A stretch of 64,000 nucleotides of DNA, from contig CBIMYT010000007.1 in the NCBI GenBank assembly GCA_966248215.1, positions 26,167-90,166 of the forward strand. Reading direction: 5' to 3'. How positions within the stretch are numbered: position 1 is the stretch's first letter; the number at the start of each line of letters is the position of its first letter. The stretch comes from an uncultured Methylophilus sp. GTDB taxonomy: Bacteria > Pseudomonadota > Gammaproteobacteria > Burkholderiales > Methylophilaceae. The translations under genes were made by a program, and so were the position numbers. Positions 10,278-20,260 of this stretch are shown one piece after another. The notes beneath the pieces were generated by a model, which searched no databases, was not told the DNA's origin, and saw only the letters and a list, made by a program, of their open reading frames with translations.

Positions 10278-11504
10278 TTATTTTGAATGTTTCTTTCGAT
10301 AGCTGTCCAGATAGCGTCCAATACGGGTCATCGCCTCGGTCAGGTCATCGATATTCGGTAAAAATACCACGCGGAAATGATCTGGCGTTTTCCAGTTAAA
10401 CCCGGTGCCCTGCACCAGCAGCACTTTTTCTTCCAGCAACAGATCCAGGATAAACTGCTGGTCATCCGCAACCGGATACATCTCCGGATCCAGTCTGGGA
10501 AACAGATACATGGCTGCTGCCGGTTTGACACAGGTCACGCCCGGCATCGCCGTCAGCATGTCATAGGCCAGATCACGCTGTTTGCACAAGCGGCCACTAG
10601 GCGCCACCAGGTCATTAATGCTTTGATAGCCGCCCAGTGCGGTCTGGATGGCCAGCTGCCCTGGCACGTTGGCACACAGACGCATGGAGGCAAGCATATT
10701 CAGGCCTTCGATATAATCTGTGGCATCTTTTTTCTCGCCGGAAATAATCATCCAGCCGGCACGATAACCGCAGGCACGATAGTTTTTCGACAGGCCATTA
10801 AAGGTCACGAACAACACGTCATCTGCCAGCGAAGCGATAGACGTATGCGTGTTACCGTCATACAGCACCTTGTCATAAATCTCGTCAGCAAAAATCACCA
10901 GACCATGGCGGCGCGCAACCTCGATAATGCCTTCCAGCGTTTCTTTGGGATACAGTGCACCGGTCGGATTGTTCGGGTTGATAATCACAATGCCTTTGGT
11001 ATTCGGCGTGATCTTGCTCTCGATATCCTGCAGATCAGGCAACCAGCCAGCCAGCTCATCGCAAACATAGTGACGCGCAGAACCGCCGGCCAGGTTGACC
11101 GCCGCCGTCCATAACGGATAGTCAGGCATGGGCACCAGAATCTCGTCGCCATTATTCAGCAAACCCTGCATGGCCATCACAATCAGCTCGGACACGCCGT
11201 TGCCGACAATGATGTCGTCAATAGTGACACCGGCAATATTTTTCTGCTGGGTGTAATGCATGATGGCTTTGCGCGCGGCGAACAGGCCCTTGGAGTCGGT
11301 GTAGCCGGAAGCCTGATCCATATTGCGGATCACATCCTGCACAATTTCTTCCGGCGCATTGAAACCGAACGGCATGGGGTTGCCGATATTCAGCTTGATA
11401 ATGCGCTGCCCGTCCTCTTCCATCTGGCGCGCACGTTGCAGCACCGGACCACGGATGTCGTAGCAGACGTTGCTTAATTTGTTTGATTTATTGACTGGCG
11501 GCAT
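10278..11504 (-). CDS. alaA: Glutamate-pyruvate (alanine) aminotransferase, AlaA/YfbQ-like
   Basis: Colinear resemblance to E. coli AlaA (KLSNVCYDIRGPV, NIGNP, NPNNPTG, the PLP-lysine in SKNYRACGYR, and LVQGTGFNW). Confidence 0.85.
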   Translation of the reverse strand: MPPVNKSNKLSNVCYDIRGPVLQRARQMEEDGQRIIKLNIGNPMPFGFNAPEEIVQDVIRNMDQASGYTDSKGLFAARKAIMHYTQQKNIAGVTIDDIIVGNGVSELIVMAMQGLLNNGDEILVPMPDYPLWTAAVNLAGGSARHYVCDELAGWLPDLQDIESKITPNTKGIVIINPNNPTGALYPKETLEGIIEVARRHGLVIFADEIYDKVLYDGNTHTSIASLADDVLFVTFNGLSKNYRACGYRAGWMIISGEKKDATDYIEGLNMLASMRLCANVPGQLAIQTALGGYQSINDLVAPSGRLCKQRDLAYDMLTAMPGVTCVKPAAAMYLFPRLDPEMYPVADDQQFILDLLLEEKVLLVQGTGFNWKTPDHFRVVFLPNIDDLTEAMTRIGRYLDSYRKKHSK

Positions 11505-11665
11505 ACTTGTTTAACAAACACGTTTAACGTGTGTCCAAGCCTTAAAAATAAAACTTTCATTTTACCTGCAAACCCCTGCTTCATCAATGAACTACCCGAC
11601 TGAAACATGGTCTTGTCCGGTACAATGCAAGCTTTACTGTTCAACACAACAGGCAGTTTTTCCGC

Positions 11666-12055
11666 ATGAAATTACACCTGCATAAAAGCGATCAGCAATA
11701 CCAGATTAATGGCGTTGACGCCGGGACAATGACCATCAATCACCAGCCCTATACGCAAAGCATCATTGTCAGTGCGGATGCATTGAACAGCGACTGGTTT
11801 AGTGGCACATGGGAAACACTGGGTGCCGAAAAACTTTCAGCGATTCTGGCGTTCAAGCCCGAAGTGGTGTTACTGGGCACGGGTGACAAACAACGCTTTC
11901 TTCATCCCAGACATCTCCAGGCTTTCCTGGCGCAGAATATTGCGGTGGAATGCATGACCACACCAGCAGCCTGCCGCACTTTCAATATCCTGACGGCTGA
12001 AGGGCGTCATGTGGTTGCAGCGTTACTACTGGAAAAACATCTGGCTGCAGGTTAA
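11666..12055 (+). CDS. Mth938-like (DUF498) domain protein
   Basis: 129 aa with the pattern EVVLLGTG ... AVECMTTPAACRTFNILTAEGRHVVAALL characteristic of that family. Confidence 0.65.
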   Translation: MKLHLHKSDQQYQINGVDAGTMTINHQPYTQSIIVSADALNSDWFSGTWETLGAEKLSAILAFKPEVVLLGTGDKQRFLHPRHLQAFLAQNIAVECMTTPAACRTFNILTAEGRHVVAALLLEKHLAAG

Positions 12056-12067
12056 TTCCGCAATACA

Positions 12068-12616
12068 TTATTGCGGCTTGAGTTTCACCTGCACTTCATC
12101 GGCAGTCAATCGTATTTCTGTCGGCTGGTAATGCACACCGGCATAGGTCAAATCTTCCGGTTTCACTTCATATAACACCATCTGGTTCAACCACCTGGTG
12201 CCTGCTTCTCTGGCGACCTGTTGCAGCATACCATTAAGCTCAGGGCTGGCATTATCCAGCTGAATCGCATCGATCACAGGCTGATCCAGCATCACAGCCT
12301 GGCGTGCAGCATCAAACCTGAGCAAGCCAGATACACTTGTCCTGCCAGTAGCCGTATCCGCCAGCATCTCGCTGCCAAGACTGGCATCCAGAGTAGTATG
12401 TATCCGTCCGGAAGCCGGGTCCAGCGTCACCTGTGCATTGGAAAACTGGAGATGCAATACACGCATCACCGTCAATGGCTTCGCCAGTTTATGGTTGAGT
12501 TTTTGCTGGAGCTGGCTAGCACTGATGCTGACCGTGCGTTCGCCCATCATGGTGGCACACTGGCTCAATAACATAGCCAGTATCAATCCTGACAATACGG
12601 ATTTAAATAAGCGCAT
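12068..12616 (-). CDS. Exported protein, DUF1439-like
   Basis: Signal peptide with Cys (LLSQC), 182 aa. The family assignment is from memory of overall sequence character and is weak. Confidence 0.45.
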   Translation of the reverse strand: MRLFKSVLSGLILAMLLSQCATMMGERTVSISASQLQQKLNHKLAKPLTVMRVLHLQFSNAQVTLDPASGRIHTTLDASLGSEMLADTATGRTSVSGLLRFDAARQAVMLDQPVIDAIQLDNASPELNGMLQQVAREAGTRWLNQMVLYEVKPEDLTYAGVHYQPTEIRLTADEVQVKLKPQ

Positions 12617-12695
12617 GGTGAATGGTTACCTCATTTTCCGCAGGCAGCGAAAAACGACGAAGTGTGCTTCCAGCGGGAAACACACTTCCATCTCA

Positions 12696-13922
12696 TCAGA
12701 GGTTTTTGGTAGACAGCGTCAGTGAGGCGTTGGTACCACCAAAGCCGAAGCTGTTGGACAAGGCCGTTTGTACACGCGTGGAAGGAATGGCCTGGCGCAC
12801 GATATTCAAGCCTTCCGCAGCCGGGTCCAGATTGTCGATATTGGCAGAGGCAGCGATAAACCCATGCTGCATCATCAACAAAGTGTAAATCGCTTCATTC
12901 ACACCAGCCGCGCCCAGTGCATGTCCGGATAATGACTTGGTTGACGCAATCGCCACCTGACTGTCATCACCAAATACCGCACGAATGGCTTCCAGCTCTT
13001 TGGTATCGCCTACCGGTGTACTGGTTCCATGCGTATTGATGTAATCAATATCATTGACATCCAGACCCTGCAATGCCTGTTGCATGCAGCGTACCGCACC
13101 TTCGCCGCTGGGTGCGACCATGTCGTAACCATCAGATGTCGCCCCATAACCCACAATTTCAGCATAAATGTGCGCACCACGGGCTTTGGCATGTTCATAC
13201 TCTTCCAGCACGACAATCCCGCCGCCACCTGAAATCACGAAGCCATCACGATCTGCATCGTAAGTACGTGAAGCCTTGTCCGGTGTTTCGTTATATTTGC
13301 TGGACAAAGCGCCCATGGCATCAAACAGATAGCTCATGGTCCAGTGCTCTTCTTCACCACCACCGGCAAACACAATATCCTGCTTGTCGAGCTGGATCTG
13401 CTCCACACCGGCGCCAATACAGTGTGCGCTGGTAGAACAGGCAGAACTGATTCCGTAATTGACACCCTTGATTTTCGCACCGGTCGCCAGGCAGGCTGCA
13501 ATCCCGCTACTCATGGTTTTAGTCACCATATAAGGACCCACGCGACGAATACCCTTTTCTGCCAGCGTGTTGGTGCCTTCCAGCATACTCTCGGTAGAAG
13601 TACCACCGGCACCGACAATCAGGCCGGTACGCACATTGGACACCAGCTCTTCAGGCAGCTGCGCATCGGCAATTGCCTCCTGCATGGCCAGCCAGGCGTA
13701 GGCATGACCTTTGGCCATAAAACGCAACAGTTTGCGATCTATGAGTGCCTCGATATCCAGATTCCTGATAGAACCAGCCACATGCGAACGCAAGCCGCGC
13801 TCGGCATATTCCGGCTGGTATGTAATACCTGAACGGCCTGCTTTCAGGCTGTCCAGTACTTCCTGTTTGTTATTACCGAGACTTGATACGATACCAAATC
13901 CTGTAATTACTACGCGACGCAT
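12696..13922 (-). CDS. fabB: 3-oxoacyl-ACP synthase I
   Basis: [13 protein letters not shown] start, active-site Cys (SSACSTS), His motifs ([19 protein letters not shown]) and 408 aa. Immediately downstream of fabA. Confidence 0.9.
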   Translation of the reverse strand: MRRVVITGFGIVSSLGNNKQEVLDSLKAGRSGITYQPEYAERGLRSHVAGSIRNLDIEALIDRKLLRFMAKGHAYAWLAMQEAIADAQLPEELVSNVRTGLIVGAGGTSTESMLEGTNTLAEKGIRRVGPYMVTKTMSSGIAACLATGAKIKGVNYGISSACSTSAHCIGAGVEQIQLDKQDIVFAGGGEEEHWTMSYLFDAMGALSSKYNETPDKASRTYDADRDGFVISGGGGIVVLEEYEHAKARGAHIYAEIVGYGATSDGYDMVAPSGEGAVRCMQQALQGLDVNDIDYINTHGTSTPVGDTKELEAIRAVFGDDSQVAIASTKSLSGHALGAAGVNEAIYTLLMMQHGFIAASANIDNLDPAAEGLNIVRQAIPSTRVQTALSNSFGFGGTNASLTLSTKNL

Positions 13923-13934
13923 TGCGCCTCCTTA

Positions 13935-14450
13935 CTAGAAATTATCTGTGGTGGTAAACAACCCAACACGCAGGTCACTGGCATTATAAATCTCGCGACC
14001 ATCCACTTCCATACGTGCATCCGCAATTCCCATGACCAACTTGCGCATAATCACACGCTTCAGGTCAATGTGATAGCGCACCAGCCTGGCCTTTGGCAAC
14101 ACCTGTCCGGTAAATTTGACTTCGCCAGACCCGAGCGCACGACCACGACCCAGCCCGCCTTTCCAGCCCAGGAAAAAACCCACCAGCTGCCACATGGCAT
14201 CCAGCCCAAGGCAGCCCGGCATTACCGGATCGCCGGTAAAATGGCACTCAAAAAACCACAGGTCGGGTGTAATATCAAGCTCTGCGATAATTTCACCCTG
14301 GCCGTATTTGCCGCCTTCGTCAGAAATTTTAACGATGCGGTCAAACATCAGCATGGGCGGCAAAGGCAGCTGCGCATTCCCCTCCCCAAACATTTCACCC
14401 CGGCCACAGGCCAATAGCTCTTCTTTACTGAAACTGCTTTTCCTAGACAT
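13935..14450 (-). CDS. fabA: 3-hydroxydecanoyl-ACP dehydratase/isomerase
   Basis: 171 aa with the [24 protein letters not shown] active-site region diagnostic of FabA. Confidence 0.95.
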   Translation of the reverse strand: MSRKSSFSKEELLACGRGEMFGEGNAQLPLPPMLMFDRIVKISDEGGKYGQGEIIAELDITPDLWFFECHFTGDPVMPGCLGLDAMWQLVGFFLGWKGGLGRGRALGSGEVKFTGQVLPKARLVRYHIDLKRVIMRKLVMGIADARMEVDGREIYNASDLRVGLFTTTDNF

Positions 14451-14529
14451 GTAAATTTAAAGTTTTTAGTATAAAGCTGCATTTTCGCCGGAAATTGCGT
14501 TTAGTGAAAGCTTTTTGTCATGATGGGGA

Positions 14530-14545
14530 TATACAGACCTGTATA
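14530..14545. promoter_or_regulatory. Perfect 7-2-7 palindrome TATACAGACCTGTATA in the fabA / moxR divergent intergenic region
   Basis: Read directly from the sequence. It lies about 80-95 bp upstream of the fabA start. Candidate operator; the binding factor is unknown. Confidence 0.3.
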
Positions 14546-14657
14546 CTTTTACATCAAATCTGGGTAATATCCGTAGATATTGTTACCGAATTTTACATAT
14601 TGATCCTTGTTCACGTTTAAAGGTTTCAGCAATATCTGTAGTCAACAGGCAATTACA

Positions 14658-14679
14658 CAGTTACAATTCAGTTACAATT
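14658..14679. promoter_or_regulatory. Tandem 11-bp direct repeat CAGTTACAATT x2 upstream of the MoxR gene
   Basis: Read directly from the sequence. It lies 34-55 bp upstream of the ATG at 14713. Further TTACA pentamers start at 14653 and 14690. Confidence 0.3.
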
Positions 14680-14712
14680 TATTCTTAAATTACATCTCGT
14701 CAGGAATCAGGA

Positions 14713-15729
14713 ATGCAAGATCAACAACTAGCCGATTGGCGCACACAGGCGTTAAAACTTGAGTCAGAAGTCAACAAAGTAGTGGTGGGTCAGGAAAATC
14801 CGGTACGCCTGATCACCATTGCCGTTTTTGCGCGCGGCCACGTGCTGCTGGAAGGCGATGTCGGCGTCGGCAAAACCACCCTGCTGCGTGCGTTTACCCG
14901 TGGGATTGGCGGTGGCTATCAGCGGATTGAAGGTACCATTGACCTGATGCCTAATGACCTGGTCTACCACACCTATCTGGGCGAAGACGGCAAGCCACAT
15001 GTCAGCCCTGGTCCATTGCTGATGTCGGGCCAGGACCTGTCGATTTTCTTCTTTAACGAAATCAACCGTGCCCGGCCACAGGTGCACTCCCTGATGTTAC
15101 GTGTCATGGCAGAACGTACCCTGACCGCCTTCAACAAAGAACACACCTTCCCGCATATGCTGGTATTCGCTGACCGAAACCAGGTTGAAAAAGAGGAAAC
15201 TTTCGATATTCCGTCAGCGGCGCGTGACCGTTTCATGATGGAAATCCCGATTGTGGTACCGCCAGCGCATGACATTATGGAGTCGCTGATTTTCGATACG
15301 CGCTTTCATGATGTGGATCAGCTGATTACCAATGTCGAAGCGGATGTGCTGAAGTTTGACCAGTTGAACAGCTTTGCCAAAGTAATCCAGGAAAATATTT
15401 TCGCCAGTCCTGCACTGCGCAAATATGCGCTTAACCTGTGGCTCGCGACCAAAGACCCGGTAGCCTACGGCGTCAATGTTGCCAACGTCGACATGAAGCG
15501 CCTGGTGTTGTCTGGTGCCAGCCCGCGCGGCATGGGGATGCTGCTGCGTGCAGCGCGCGTCAATGCCTGGCTGCATAATCGAAATGCCGTGGTGCCTGAA
15601 GACATTCATGCCGTGTTGCATGAAACCATCGCGCACCGCCTGGTATTCAGTCCGGTCTACGAAATGCGCCGTACCGAAATCGCGCGTGAAATGCTGTCCG
15701 GCATCGTCAACGCCGTGGCCGCACCTTAA
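14713..15729 (+). CDS. MoxR-family AAA+ ATPase (MxaR-like)
   Basis: Walker A GDVGVGKTT, Walker B-like FFFNEINRA, 338 aa. First gene of a MoxR/DUF58/vWA cluster. Confidence 0.85.
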   Translation: MQDQQLADWRTQALKLESEVNKVVVGQENPVRLITIAVFARGHVLLEGDVGVGKTTLLRAFTRGIGGGYQRIEGTIDLMPNDLVYHTYLGEDGKPHVSPGPLLMSGQDLSIFFFNEINRARPQVHSLMLRVMAERTLTAFNKEHTFPHMLVFADRNQVEKEETFDIPSAARDRFMMEIPIVVPPAHDIMESLIFDTRFHDVDQLITNVEADVLKFDQLNSFAKVIQENIFASPALRKYALNLWLATKDPVAYGVNVANVDMKRLVLSGASPRGMGMLLRAARVNAWLHNRNAVVPEDIHAVLHETIAHRLVFSPVYEMRRTEIAREMLSGIVNAVAAP

Positions 15730-15755
15730 TTCCGGATTGAACTGACAGCATCGTT

Positions 15756-16613
15756 ATGGATTACATCAAGGAATTCAGCTATCACATCAGCTGGCGCTCA
15801 CGCTCCCGTCGGCCTGGTCGCCATAAAAGCAACCAGCGCGGCATGGGGATGGAGTTTCGCGGGCACACCACCCTGCTCTCGTACCCGGATCCACGCCGGA
15901 TTGATATTCGCCAGACCATACGCGACCCGATGGAACAGGTGTATGTGCGTATCTTTAACCAGAAAAGTGCCACGCCTGTATTTGTCATATGCGATTTGTC
16001 CGGCTCCATGCAGTACGGCATGCCACATACAAAACTGACCACGGCAGCGCATATCTCGCGCTCGGTGGCACAGTCAGCCACCCGTAACGGTGACCCGGTG
16101 GCATTTGTCGGCTTTGATGACGAATTACGCGATGAGTGGCTATCCACGTTATCGGCCAGGCCGCACAGCATGCTGGCACTGGCAGACCGGCTGGAGAATC
16201 ACCTGCCGGATGAGGTAGGTGCCAGTGCCCTGGCAGACAGCGCCCGACTGCTGCCGCGGGAACGGGCACTGATTTTCATGGTGTCTGACTTTCACATGCC
16301 GCTGGCCCAGCTGGAAGAGGCCTTGCTGCTGATGCTGAGACACCATATTGTGCCGGTGGTGTTATGGAACAGTACCGAATACAAGAATCTGCCGGAATTT
16401 GGCATCACCAGCATCAATGACCCGGAGACCGGCGAACGTCGCACATTGTTTTTGCGCGGCTCTTACAGGCAGCGCATATTTGAAGCCTTTGCGGCACGCC
16501 GCCAGGCCATCCAGGATATGTTTATGAAATTTGATATGCAGCCATTTTTCGTGGAAGACCAGTTTGACGCAGACCTGCTGTCTGATTATTTCCACCAATA
16601 CGTGACTGCCTGA
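15756..16613 (+). CDS. DUF58 protein with vWA-like MIDAS motif (MxaS-like)
   Basis: DxSxS motif in ICDLSGSM, 285 aa, in the canonical position directly after the MoxR ATPase. Confidence 0.7.
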   Translation: MDYIKEFSYHISWRSRSRRPGRHKSNQRGMGMEFRGHTTLLSYPDPRRIDIRQTIRDPMEQVYVRIFNQKSATPVFVICDLSGSMQYGMPHTKLTTAAHISRSVAQSATRNGDPVAFVGFDDELRDEWLSTLSARPHSMLALADRLENHLPDEVGASALADSARLLPRERALIFMVSDFHMPLAQLEEALLLMLRHHIVPVVLWNSTEYKNLPEFGITSINDPETGERRTLFLRGSYRQRIFEAFAARRQAIQDMFMKFDMQPFFVEDQFDADLLSDYFHQYVTA

Positions 16614-16625
16614 GGAAAGCGATTG

Positions 16626-17618
16626 ATGAAAGCGCCCAACCCCTTATTTGCCGGCCTGTTTGCTGCTACATTATTTGCCCTCGCTACATTGCCAGCCATG
16701 GCCGATGTGGTCTTGCCGTCAATTGATGAGAAGTATGTCAGCGTGCAGGAAATCAACCCAACCCGCGATGCCGGTTATGTGGTCGGTGACAAACTTGAAC
16801 GTACCATTATCCTGACAGTGAAAAAGCCTTATGAGCTGATCAAGGAATCCCTGCCTATCGTCGGCTATGAACACCGTTTTCGTGGTGAGGTCTCCGGTAT
16901 AGAGCTGGCCAGTATTGATGCGGACGAGGAGAAGTTTTCGGACCGTAGCGTGCATACCATCCATCTGGCATACCAGGTATTCAAATCAGGCAGAGTCGCC
17001 AAGCCTGCCATCCTGCGCGGTGAAATCGTCAAATTGCGCCAGCCTGGCAAGACAGAACTGCGCCAGTACCGTATCCCTTCGTTTAATTTCAGGATCTCCC
17101 CTTTATCGGTCTATGGTGAAGTCAATCTGAAACAGGAGTTGAGCCCGTTTATCCCACCCTTCACGATCAGCACAAGCAGGGAACAACAGGTATTCAATAT
17201 CGCCGCCGGCGTGCTGGTGTTGAGCTTGCTCGCGCTACTGTATATTCTGGGTGCACGCACCTGGCTGCCGCGCATGGGTGGTGCATTTGCCAAAGCCTAC
17301 CGCACAATCGGCAAACTGCCGGATAACGAACAGGGCCTGCAACAGGCGATTGAGATCGTCCACCAGGCCATGCAGCAGGTGGCGGGACATAGTGTATTTG
17401 GCAATAATGTAGAACGTTTCCTGCAGGAAAAACCGGCTTACCAGCCTGCCAAACCGGAAATCCAGCGCTTTTTCAATCTTTCGCGCCAGGTATTTTTTGA
17501 TGCCAGTACTCCGCTGGACCTGGGGCTGCCTGCTAAAGACTGGCTGAGAAAGTTCTGCCGCCATATGCGCGATTGCGAACGTGGTCTGACCCCAGACCTG
17601 AACACAAGGGTGAAATAG
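16626..17618 (+). CDS. Membrane-anchored exported protein, MxaA-like by position
   Basis: Signal peptide (ATLPAMA), one internal TM helix (IAAGVLVLSLLALLYILG). Size and position match mxaA in mxaRSACKL. No motif was recognised. ATG at 16626 preferred over TTG at 16623. Confidence 0.35.
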   Translation: MKAPNPLFAGLFAATLFALATLPAMADVVLPSIDEKYVSVQEINPTRDAGYVVGDKLERTIILTVKKPYELIKESLPIVGYEHRFRGEVSGIELASIDADEEKFSDRSVHTIHLAYQVFKSGRVAKPAILRGEIVKLRQPGKTELRQYRIPSFNFRISPLSVYGEVNLKQELSPFIPPFTISTSREQQVFNIAAGVLVLSLLALLYILGARTWLPRMGGAFAKAYRTIGKLPDNEQGLQQAIEIVHQAMQQVAGHSVFGNNVERFLQEKPAYQPAKPEIQRFFNLSRQVFFDASTPLDLGLPAKDWLRKFCRHMRDCERGLTPDLNTRVK

Positions 17619-17621
17619 CAT

Positions 17622-18608
17622 ATGGCCTTTAATCATCCGTGGGTGTTGTGGGCGATACCACTGGCCCTGTTACCACTGCTGCTGGAGCGTTCACACAGCA
17701 AGCATTATTCCTGGGTAGGTTTGCTGCCACCTGATCCACTTTCCAGCCTGATTGGTCTTCTGCTGAAAATGCTGGCCGCCATCAGCATCCTTTTTGTGAT
17801 CCTGGGCCTGGCAGGCCCGCATACCCTGGAACAGCAGGTACAGCGTACCGGTATTGGCGCCCAGATCGGCCTGGTGCTGGACCGCAGCGCCAGTATGGAT
17901 GACCCTTTTGTCGGCGATAAGGACGGGCATATCGGCGAAACCAAGTCGGTGGCCGCTGCCCGTATCCTGACCAATTTCGTTAAAAGCCGCCACAACGACA
18001 TGATGGGTGTGATCACCTTCAGCAACTCCGCCATGTATGTGCTGCCACTGACCGAGAACAAGGAGGCCTTGCTCTCCGCCATCCAGGCCACTGCGGGTAA
18101 CTCGCTGTTTCAAACCAATATTGGCGGCGGCCTGACCAGTGCCGTGGAGCTGTTTAAAAACGTACCTGATTCCGGCTCACGCGCCATCATTCTGATTTCG
18201 GATGGCGCAGGCCGGGTCAGTGAGCTGGTACAGCAGAAATTACGCGACTGGTTGCAGCGCTACGATATCGGCCTGTACTGGATTGTGCTGCACCAGCCAG
18301 GTGGCGTCACTATTTTTGACCCCAAATACGCGCAAAGCAGTTATATCGGCCCAATGCCTCCTGAAGTATTGTTGTACCAATATTTCCAGACCCTGCGTAC
18401 ACCATTCAACGCATATGAAGCTTCAGATCCGAAATCTCTGGAAGCGGCGATTGCCGATATCAACAGCAAGGAAAAGAAACCGATTCAATATATGGAAAAA
18501 ATCCCCGGCCACGACTACACCCATGTGTGTTACTGGATTGCAATCGCCATGATTGTCATCCTGCTGGCCGTTAAATATCTGGAGATCAATACATGGCGCT
18601 CAGCGTAA
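17622..18608 (+). CDS. vWA domain membrane protein (MxaC/BatA-like)
   Basis: Two N-terminal TM helices, MIDAS DxSxS in VLDRSASMDD and a C-terminal TM helix. Confidence 0.7.
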   Translation: MAFNHPWVLWAIPLALLPLLLERSHSKHYSWVGLLPPDPLSSLIGLLLKMLAAISILFVILGLAGPHTLEQQVQRTGIGAQIGLVLDRSASMDDPFVGDKDGHIGETKSVAAARILTNFVKSRHNDMMGVITFSNSAMYVLPLTENKEALLSAIQATAGNSLFQTNIGGGLTSAVELFKNVPDSGSRAIILISDGAGRVSELVQQKLRDWLQRYDIGLYWIVLHQPGGVTIFDPKYAQSSYIGPMPPEVLLYQYFQTLRTPFNAYEASDPKSLEAAIADINSKEKKPIQYMEKIPGHDYTHVCYWIAIAMIVILLAVKYLEINTWRSA

Positions 18609-19135
18609 ATAAACTGGTCACCGGTCTGATTGTGGTAGCAGTCGCCGCCTCCGCCACCATGGCTTATACCTGGCAGCGGATAGAACAGACGGAAGCATTC
18701 AATGAAGCAATTACCTCCGCTAAAACACCGCAAACAGACAGGCAGAGTTTCGAGGCAAAATATGCCGTCGCCTACTGGCTGGCAAACAATGAACGTTACA
18801 AGGAAGCCACCCTGTTATTTTCCAAGCTGATCGATAACAGCACACCTGCGCAACGGGCAGCCATCCTGCATAACATCGGCAATATGTTCTTCCTCAAGGC
18901 CATTCAGCTCACTGGCGGCAATGACAACAGCACGCGTGATGAAATGGAATACCTGCTGACGCAGGCCATGTCTTCCTACAAGAGTGCACTGAAAGCCGAC
19001 AACTCCAATTGGGGCACGCGCCGCAACTATGATCGCGTGATCAGCCTGTTACCAGAAAAGCCGACGCCTGGCGTCAGTAATGATTCAGAAAATCCTGGCC
19101 TGATCATGGGCAATATCCCGAATGGACTGCCTTAA
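18593..19135 (+). CDS. TM-anchored TPR-like protein (MxaK/BatC-like by position)
   Basis: N-terminal TM helix, helical repeat-like body, 180 aa. Overlaps the upstream gene by 16 nt. Confidence 0.35.
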   Translation: MALSVNKLVTGLIVVAVAASATMAYTWQRIEQTEAFNEAITSAKTPQTDRQSFEAKYAVAYWLANNERYKEATLLFSKLIDNSTPAQRAAILHNIGNMFFLKAIQLTGGNDNSTRDEMEYLLTQAMSSYKSALKADNSNWGTRRNYDRVISLLPEKPTPGVSNDSENPGLIMGNIPNGLP

Positions 19136-19174
19136 TAACAAGGCTTCCGGCGCATTCACTCATACACTGCATAT

Positions 19175-20209
19175 ATGAATAATCTCTGGTTCAGACGTTT
19201 TGTTAAACATCGCGACTCCGCGTTGCTGGTGCTCGCGCTGCTGTTTCTGATAGCGGCCATTTTGCGCCCTGCCATCCCGTTCAGGCACAATATTTATACT
19301 TATTTCCTGATCGCGGATATTTCGCAAAGCATGAACGCCTCGGACATGACCTTGCATGGTAAAAAAGTCACGCGCATGGCTTACATGCAAAACATGATGC
19401 ACGAAGTGATTTCCGCCTTGCCTTGCGATACCAAGGTCAGCATAGGCCTGTTTGCCGGAAACTCTGTCGCTGCCATGTATGCACCGATTGAAGTTTGCAA
19501 AAACTTTGCCGCGATCCAGGACACCATAGACCATCTGGACTGGCGCATGGCATGGGCCGGCAACAGCCGTTTTCGTGAAAGCCTGTTTGTCACTGCCAAA
19601 GTCATACGTGACATGCCTGAACCCGCCCAGGTAGTGTATTTTACCGATGGTGAAGAAGCACCTAAACTGCACGCATTCAACACCAAGAATCTGGAAGAGT
19701 TCCAGGGCGGTGATGACTGGATATTTGTTGGCCTGGGTAGCGAAGAAGGCACATCCATTCCCAAACTGAGTGAAGACAACCAGGTCATTGGCTACTGGTC
19801 AAATGAAAGTTTTGCCATGCAACCTGGCATTGCGCAAATTTCCGAAAGCACCATGGGCGTAAGGGATGATAATGTCGCAGTCGGCGAACACGATCGTTTT
19901 ATTTCCAAGCGCGCCTCGGAATATATGGAAAGCGTGGCCCAGGAAATCGGTGCCAAATATATCAAGGGAGATAGCAGTCACGCCGTGTTGCAGGCCATGA
20001 AAAAACAAAAACCTGCCCGACGTGATATTGCACCCCTGGCGCTGGACTGGCTGTTTGCCACGCTGGCCGGTCTGTGTATTCTCGGGGTCTACGCCAGTCG
20101 CCACCCTTTCCGCCAGATCAGGCAGAATCTGAAGATTTATCGCCAGGATATTAAATCCAGATTCTTCACCCGTAGCGAAGCCGTGGCCCACGACAATCAT
20201 TTTCAATAG
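19175..20209 (+). CDS. vWA-like membrane protein, MxaL-like, copy 1
   Basis: N-terminal TM helix, DxSxS in IADISQSMN, a C-terminal TM helix and the conserved tail VAHDNHFQ. Paralog of the next gene. Confidence 0.55.
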   Translation: MNNLWFRRFVKHRDSALLVLALLFLIAAILRPAIPFRHNIYTYFLIADISQSMNASDMTLHGKKVTRMAYMQNMMHEVISALPCDTKVSIGLFAGNSVAAMYAPIEVCKNFAAIQDTIDHLDWRMAWAGNSRFRESLFVTAKVIRDMPEPAQVVYFTDGEEAPKLHAFNTKNLEEFQGGDDWIFVGLGSEEGTSIPKLSEDNQVIGYWSNESFAMQPGIAQISESTMGVRDDNVAVGEHDRFISKRASEYMESVAQEIGAKYIKGDSSHAVLQAMKKQKPARRDIAPLALDWLFATLAGLCILGVYASRHPFRQIRQNLKIYRQDIKSRFFTRSEAVAHDNHFQ

Positions 20210-20260
20210 CGTCTTTCTCGCTATTTCTCTGAAAACTCCGGTCGCCAGGCAAACAGAATA

